Shown here: piece by piece, positions 57,445 through 64,000 of the stretch
Position numbering within the stretch: the stretch's first letter is position 1
Layout of the letters: every line of letters begins with the position of its first letter
Source: Eledone cirrhosa
Taxonomy: Eukaryota
NCBI GenBank assembly: GCA_964016885.1
Contig: OZ024742.1
Span: 216,938,001 to 217,002,000, forward strand
Length of the DNA: 64,000 nucleotides
Direction: 5' to 3'
The notes under the pieces: model-generated
Seen by the model: only the letters and a program-made list of their open reading frames with translations
The model's database searches: none
What the model was told of the DNA's origin: nothing
Program-made: the position numbers and the translations under genes

Positions 57445-57874
57445 AAGTACAACCGGCCTGATATTGTAGTTTGGGACCACACATTGAAAACGTGTTCTGT
57501 TGTGGAGATCAGCTGCCCACTTGATGTAAACGTTGTCAGAAAAATACAGGAGAAGGAGGACATCTACGGACCATTGATGAGGAGTTTACAAATCCAGTAT
57601 CCAAGATACACCTTTAGCTTCATACCCATCATTATTGGTGCTACGGGTTATATACCAACCCGCTTGGACCAAAGTATGACCGAACTTGGATTTGCGGACA
57701 AAAAGCGCAGCTCCCTAATTCATAGTCTACAAATGGCTGCGATAGCTGGCACCTTCAAAATTTGCAAAACATTCTTGCGATTCAAGGGATGACAATTTCT
57801 TTTCTTATACAACCTTGCCACCTGGAAGGTGGCCGGTCAAAAAAATATACTCGAAATTAAGAGAAAGAGAAAAC
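57445..57874 (+). mobile_element. 5'-truncated RLE non-LTR retrotransposon in (CATA)n
   Basis: YNRPDIVVWDHTLKTCSVVEISCPLD..EKEDIYGPL..IPIIIGATG..AAIAGTFKICKTFLRFKG* (stop at 57792); 3' UTR hairpin GCCACC tggaa GGTGGC. Confidence 0.88.
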
Positions 57875-58211
57875 ATACATACATACACACATACACACAT
57901 ACATACATACATACATACATACATGCATACATACATACATACCTACATACATACATACATACATACATACATACATACATACATACATACATACATACAT
58001 ACATACATACATACTCTGTCTCAGTAATACATACATACGTACGTACATACATACATGCATACATACATACTATTGGTAAACATTTGTGAAATTATAAAGC
58101 CAGAAGAACATACACACACACATACAATGAAAGAGTCTTGTGTCTATGTTAGAAACCGATTCTCTATTGGTAAAAATTTATAAAATTATAAAACCAGAGA
58201 AACATACATAC

Positions 58212-58242
<31 letters not shown>

Positions 58243-58879
58243 CATACATACATACATACATACAAACATACATACATACATATACTTTCTATTTTATTTG
58301 AATTTAAAGACGTTCCTTTCCTTTTAACTTTTTTCATCTTTATAATGTTTTGTTAATTCGTTAATGATTTTGAAAGATCATTTTAACTTAACATAACTTC
58401 GTATATATTTGTTTATGATTTTCTTATTCAAGTACTTTCTTACTGAAGTAAAAGATGAATTCCTAACTATTTATAGTTATTATATTGGTGACTTAGACAT
58501 AAATATATTTTATCAATATACTGGCATTAATACCACTATCAAATACCACTATTGAAAATGTAGGTATTTCAACTCCTCTAATGTGTATAAGCCTATATGT
58601 GTGTATTGAATATGTTTAGCAACGGTTTGGAAGAAGTCAATGTAATAATGTAAACCTGCGACACCTGTGGGGTATAATACTAATTCAGTTCAAATGTTAG
58701 GAATAATATTTTGCAGGTAAACAGTTGCGTATTATTCATAAGAATAAACGTTTGATTGCAATAGAATTACTAGAAAAATTGTCTATCACTATTACGGTCT
58801 CGCTCGAGGATGGGTTATACTTCCTTCATAGTAAACGATGTAGGAAATATGAACGATAAACATAGAAAGTAACCCCACC

Positions 58880-58986
58880 TTCCACCATACCCCACAACAT
58901 GTCCCACCACACCCCACAACATGCCCCACCACACCCCACATTATGCTCCACCACACCCCACAATATGCTCCACCACACTCCACCAG
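58880..58986 (+). repeat. 22-bp minisatellite, ~5 units
   Basis: CCACCACACCCCACAACATGYY repeated. Confidence 0.85.
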
Positions 58987-59205
58987 CAGCAAGTAAACCT
59001 GAAGACATCTTTGGTGTTCATAATACGTAGAGAACAGCAAATTCACAAACTGTGAGCTGCTCAGTGTATGTGTCCCTGAAACATGGATTATACTTTTTGC
59101 TCACACTCGCATCCAGGATCTCATCTAGGAAAAGAAGTCGCTCGGCTACTCTATTTAATATCTCTCTTTCTATCGCTCTCTCTATCTCTCTCTCTATCTC
59201 TATAT

Positions 59206-59271
<66 letters not shown>

Positions 59272-59274
<3 letters not shown>

Positions 59275-59570
59275 CCAGCCTTTGGCCCACAGATATGCTG
59301 TTCCTTGTACATTTACTTCAACGGTCTCTGTTCCTCAAAGTTTGCTGAACTCGTGTCACCTTTACTGAGGCACTCCCAACTCACTCGTCTCACCTACCCT
59401 CATTACTTGGGTTGTATCTAACACCCCATATCCTTCATTAACTACTATGTCTAATCCTTTCTGCTCAGAACGTTGGACCTATGGAAATCACTAATTGCTT
59501 ATGTATTTCCCAAAAGAGTGGGTCTGCAACATTTTTAATAGAACATCAAAAGTATCAATTTCACCAGTCT
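59272..59570 (+). mobile_element. Decayed 3' end of a CR1/Jockey-group LINE
   Basis: YFNGLCSSKFAELVSP..RT..LWKSL..YVFP..LQHF remnants. Confidence 0.55.
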
Positions 59571-60014
59571 CTGAAGGTTTGTGAAAGCCATGAACCCAAC
59601 TCTTCCTCCAGACATGCTAAGTAAAAAGAAAAAGTTCAATTAAAGCTTCTAACATTAGAATAATATATATTTTTCTTTCAAACTTGAGTTCTAAACATCT
59701 TCAATAAAATGATTAAAAAACATCGTTGCCTCTGCTTTTGGTCGCATTATATGTGAAAATCACGAAACTGAGGAGAATTCTTCTATTTCGATTTAATCAG
59801 TCAGCTGAATTCACGATATTACACCAACATTTAATTAGTTTAGCAGTTGATATTGCGTAATCTATACACAACTTGATTATTTTATCAAACTTGATTTATC
59901 TGGATTAGATATGATTTCATTCCAAGCGAAACTATCAGTGTATCTTACAACTCAATATGGAGGAAAAAGTGATTTACTCCTTGCCACGGCCTAGTTATCC
60001 TTCTTTCTTTCTAC

Positions 60015-60617
60015 CTTAACTACTATTACTGCTACTACTACTTCTACAACTCCTACTGCTACTATTACATCTGCTGCTTCTACTGATGGTGGTGGTGGTG
60101 ATGATGGTGATGATGATGATGATGATGATGATGATGTAGTTACAATTATTACTGCTACTATTACTTCTACTGTTGCTGCAAGTGGTGGTGGTGGTGGTGG
60201 TGGTGATCGTCGTCGTCGTCGTTGTTAATGATGATGATGATGATGATGATGATTTAGTTACAATTATTACTGCTACTATTACTTCTACTGCTGCTGCTGC
60301 TGCTGCTGCTGCTAGTGGTGGTGGTGGCGGTGATGCAGTTACAGTTATTACTTCTATACAACGATGATTATTATAACCATTACTACGATCCCTATTACTA
60401 CTAATATACCTGATATTACTACTATTAATACGACTACTATTACAATTATTAGTACTACTTCTACTACTACTATTACTATAATTACTACTACAACTATTAC
60501 TACTATAACTATTACTTCTGCTACTGCTACTTGAATTGCAGCTACAAGTACTGCTACTGCTGCTGGTGCTGGTCCAGTCACTCTACCACTACTGCTGCTG
60601 CAGCTGCTGCTGTAGTT

Positions 60618-60693
<76 letters not shown>

Positions 60694-60716
60694 CGGTGGT
60701 AGTGGTGGTGGTGGTG

Positions 60717-60785
<69 letters not shown>

Positions 60786-60805
60786 ATGGTAGTAATGGTG
60801 GTGGC

Positions 60806-60886
<81 letters not shown>

Positions 60887-60915
60887 GGTGGTGGTGGTGG
60901 TGGCGGTGGCGGTAC

Positions 60916-60962
<47 letters not shown>

Positions 60963-61040
60963 CTCTCTCTTTCATATATTCTTCCTAAATATTTCATTTT
61001 TTTTTTTACATTTTCATTCTCTTTATTTTTCTTTCATATT

Positions 61041-61093
<53 letters not shown>

Positions 61094-61190
61094 TTACTAC
61101 TACTACTATTACTACTACTATTGCGACTACTAATACTACTACTACTTCTATTGCGACGACTAATACTACTACTATCACTACTACTATTGT
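60015..61190 (+). repeat. Compound (CTA)/(GTA)/(GGT)/(GAT)/(GCT) repeats
   Basis: Direct observation. Confidence 0.95.
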
Positions 61191-61616
61191 TTCCTCTTTT
61201 GACCAATTTTCCTGTTTTGGTCTTCATCTTAGTTTGATGTTGGAAAATGAATAGGGAAAGAATCTTCAATTATTTTAAACGGTTTATGGTAGATGCCTAG
61301 CTGGGTATATAAGGAACGGTTGTAGATAGAGTAGTGGTGGACAGTGAACGCTGTCAGGTATTAGCTATTCGATCAAACAATTGATTTGACGGGTTAACTG
61401 GATGGATGGATGGATGGATTGACACATACATGGATGAACGAGTAGACAGATATATGCATTAATGGATGGTGGATGGATGACTACTAGATAGATAAATGGA
61501 TGTATGCACAGCGGGTTAGATAAATAGATGGTTAATAGATGGATGGATAGATAGATTGATAGATAGGAAGAAAGACAGATCGGTGGGTAGATGGATAGAC
61601 AGAGAGATAGGTAGAT

Positions 61617-62085
61617 TCTTTATTTGCCACAGGGGCGTACAAAAATGGGACATTACAAGACGTGACGGCGGAGGTTTTACATAAAATCTTTAACAATGAT
61701 AAATAGATAGATGGATAGATAGATAGGTAGATAGATAGATAGATATGTTTCTTTTATTTGCCACCAGGGCATCAAAAGCGGGACAAGTACAAGGGGGGAG
61801 TTTACAAAACAAGGCGTCTTCAATAAGGAGGAGGCAATAACAATATATAAAAATAAAATAAAATATAACAAAGAATAAAATTTATAACAAAGTCCTCAAT
61901 AGAGAGGAGGCGCCTTGGGGGGTCGCACATACCCCCGAAAAAAAGTGTGCAACCCTTCTCCTCAGGAGCACAGAGAGGGGTGGTCCCTCGTTCCTTCCTC
62001 TTTTCCACCTACAGGCTTATGTAAAGAGAAGGCCCATTCACACGGGCTATTCTCGCCACTTTCACCCATCTTTCATAAAAACGGC

Positions 62086-62086
<1 letters not shown>
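61617..62086 (-). mobile_element. Two 3' fragments of Tx1-like elements in (GATA)n (about 61617-61700 and 61748-62086)
   Basis: Minus strand AVFMKRWVKVARIARVNGPSLYISL* parallels LFVERWVREARLARVNGPTLIIFL* at 2228; TTTATTTGCCAC 3' ends. Confidence 0.75.
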
Positions 62087-62142
<56 letters not shown>

Positions 62143-62297
62143 AGAACATATATGCATGCAAATATCGTTGGAAATGTCTTAATTCAAATAAAGAAGCCTT
62201 GTCAGTTTGTTAGCGATCGGTTTGAATTCTGCGAAGAACTTAAATAAATCAAAAAGAAAAATATACATATATAGGTACTTACGTATGTACATACATA

Positions 62298-62352
<55 letters not shown>

Positions 62353-62752
62353 GCATGCATGCATCCAGACACACACACACACACGCTTGCAGACATACAT
62401 ACATATATACATACATACATGCACACATACATAAATACATGCATGCATTCAGACACACCCACACATACATACAGACAGACAGACATACGTACATACATAG
62501 ATACATGCGTATATACATACATGCATGCATACAGACAGACCCATGTACATAGCAGCATACATACACACACACATACATACTTACATACATACACACACAC
62601 ACACACACATACATATATACACACACACTCATACACATACACATACATACATAGATACATACACACACATACATACTTACATACATACACACACACACAT
62701 ACATATACACACACACACTCATACACATACACATACACATACATACATACAT

Positions 62753-62785
<33 letters not shown>

Positions 62786-63896
62786 TACTTACATACATAC
62801 ACACACACACACACATACATACATACATACATACATACATACACACACACATACATACATACATACATACATACATACATACATACATACATACATACAT
62901 ACATACATACATACATACATACATACATACATACATACATACATACATACATACGCACGTACACACGTACATGTTCGTTGGGAAGAATGATTGGATGAAT
63001 TTGATTTGATAGTTTGGGTGAATCAGTTGATGGATGTATGCGTGAGTGGGTGGATGATTGGCTGACTGTGGTAGGGGGAGGGGGGCTGATTGATGTGTGG
63101 ATATGTGGATATTCAAATGGATGAGTCAATAAATGAATGGAAGTTAGAGAAAAAATTACAAAAGAAGGAGATAGGCTGGTGTGGGATCAAAAGAGACGGA
63201 GAATGAAATAATGGTTGGACAGTTGATTTGGGTGGGTAGATGGGGAAAAATAGGCTGTCAAGTGTATGAATGTAGAGATAGATTAATGGGTGGATGGTCA
63301 GCAAAAGTAAAATGGGTAGTTGAAGGAAGAAGAAAGTGATAGTAAGAAAATGAACAGGAACGACCGGCGATGTAGGGGCATGACAGAATAGCAACGATGA
63401 ATGAGCAATTAGAGGGGTGGAAGGTTATTTGCTTAAAAAGGATGGCTAAGGAACTTGTTACCTTATATGGTATATATTGTGAGCTCCTGCACCTAAAATC
63501 AATATTCTAAATGGATTTCGCCCTTAGCATCCAAATACAGAAATAGTTTTAGTTTTCAAAGTCAACAAATATATATATTTAGTTTATTCATAATTTCAAT
63601 GCTCGGTAAAATTGCCGGCAAAAGGTTTTATCTTCTGTGAGCTTATTGGTGTTAAAAATTAGATAAACATAAGATAGATATATTTTTGCTATTAAACATA
63701 AGTCTCCTTATAAATTCTATTCGAATATATTACAAGCAGTTTTAATGTTATTGATATCTACCAAGAATATAAGAAATACAAACACTAGTTAAGTAGACTA
63801 ATTAAGTACGCACATGTTTTTTAATTGATAACAAGTTGATGATGGTACCTTATTATACAATCTAAGTCTAAATTCTGTCTCAAGCCAGAAGACTCA

Positions 63897-64000
63897 TTAG
63901 GCCGGTGCTTATCCCGGTTTTGTGGCCTGGCTCGACTGGTAGTACAGACTCCCTCTGGACAGGACGCCAGTCCATCGCAGGGTTAAATCCCCAAGCTATT
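63897..64000 (-). mobile_element. SINE-like 3' region running off the window
   Basis: GGTGCTTATCCCGGTTT..CTGGACAGGACGCCAGTCCATCGCAGGGTT resembles, from memory, invertebrate SINE bodies in reverse. Confidence 0.4.

Larger units (their letters stand above)
52978..58070 (+). repeat. (CATA)n array punctuated by ~45 copies of TACTCTGTCTCAGTA and by retroelement insertions
   Basis: Direct observation; manual count. Confidence 0.95.

Noticed and set aside
52978-58030. CRISPR-like array of a constant short repeat
   Set aside because: The spacers are microsatellite of variable length, the repeat is only 15 bp, there are no cas genes and the context is eukaryotic.

Overview
AT-rich, microsatellite-saturated eukaryotic DNA. 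It is not prokaryotic, and I can support no intact host protein-coding gene. The repeat content suggests a cephalopod (octopus-like) genome; this is an inference. Almost all ORFs in the track are translations of simple repeats. The window is dominated by retroelements inserted into microsatellites. (1) About 20 Penelope-like element (PLE) insertions sit in (TA)n tracts. One is a 4.2-kb RT + GIY-YIG copy; many are short non-coding fold-backs. They share one architecture: (TA)n - arm - inverted arm - single-copy tail - (TA)n. Eight dissimilar families carry a recognisable complete hammerhead ribozyme core and a ninth carries a degenerate one. Tails of unrelated families share a GAGTRCT-like motif 17-52 nt past the arm end. 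(2) R4/Dong-like RLE retrotransposons lie in (TAA)n, and a second RLE family lies in (CATA)n. (3) Related Tx1/L1-like families occupy (TAA)n, (GATA)n and (GAT)n. (4) Also present are tRNA-headed Meta-type SINEs, a non-autonomous Helitron, MITEs and decayed RTE/CR1 fragments. (5) A 5-kb (CATA)n array is punctuated by about 45 copies of a 15-bp motif. A possible minus-strand host promoter and non-coding first exon lies near 40.2-40.85 kb. All calls and coordinates were made by eye.
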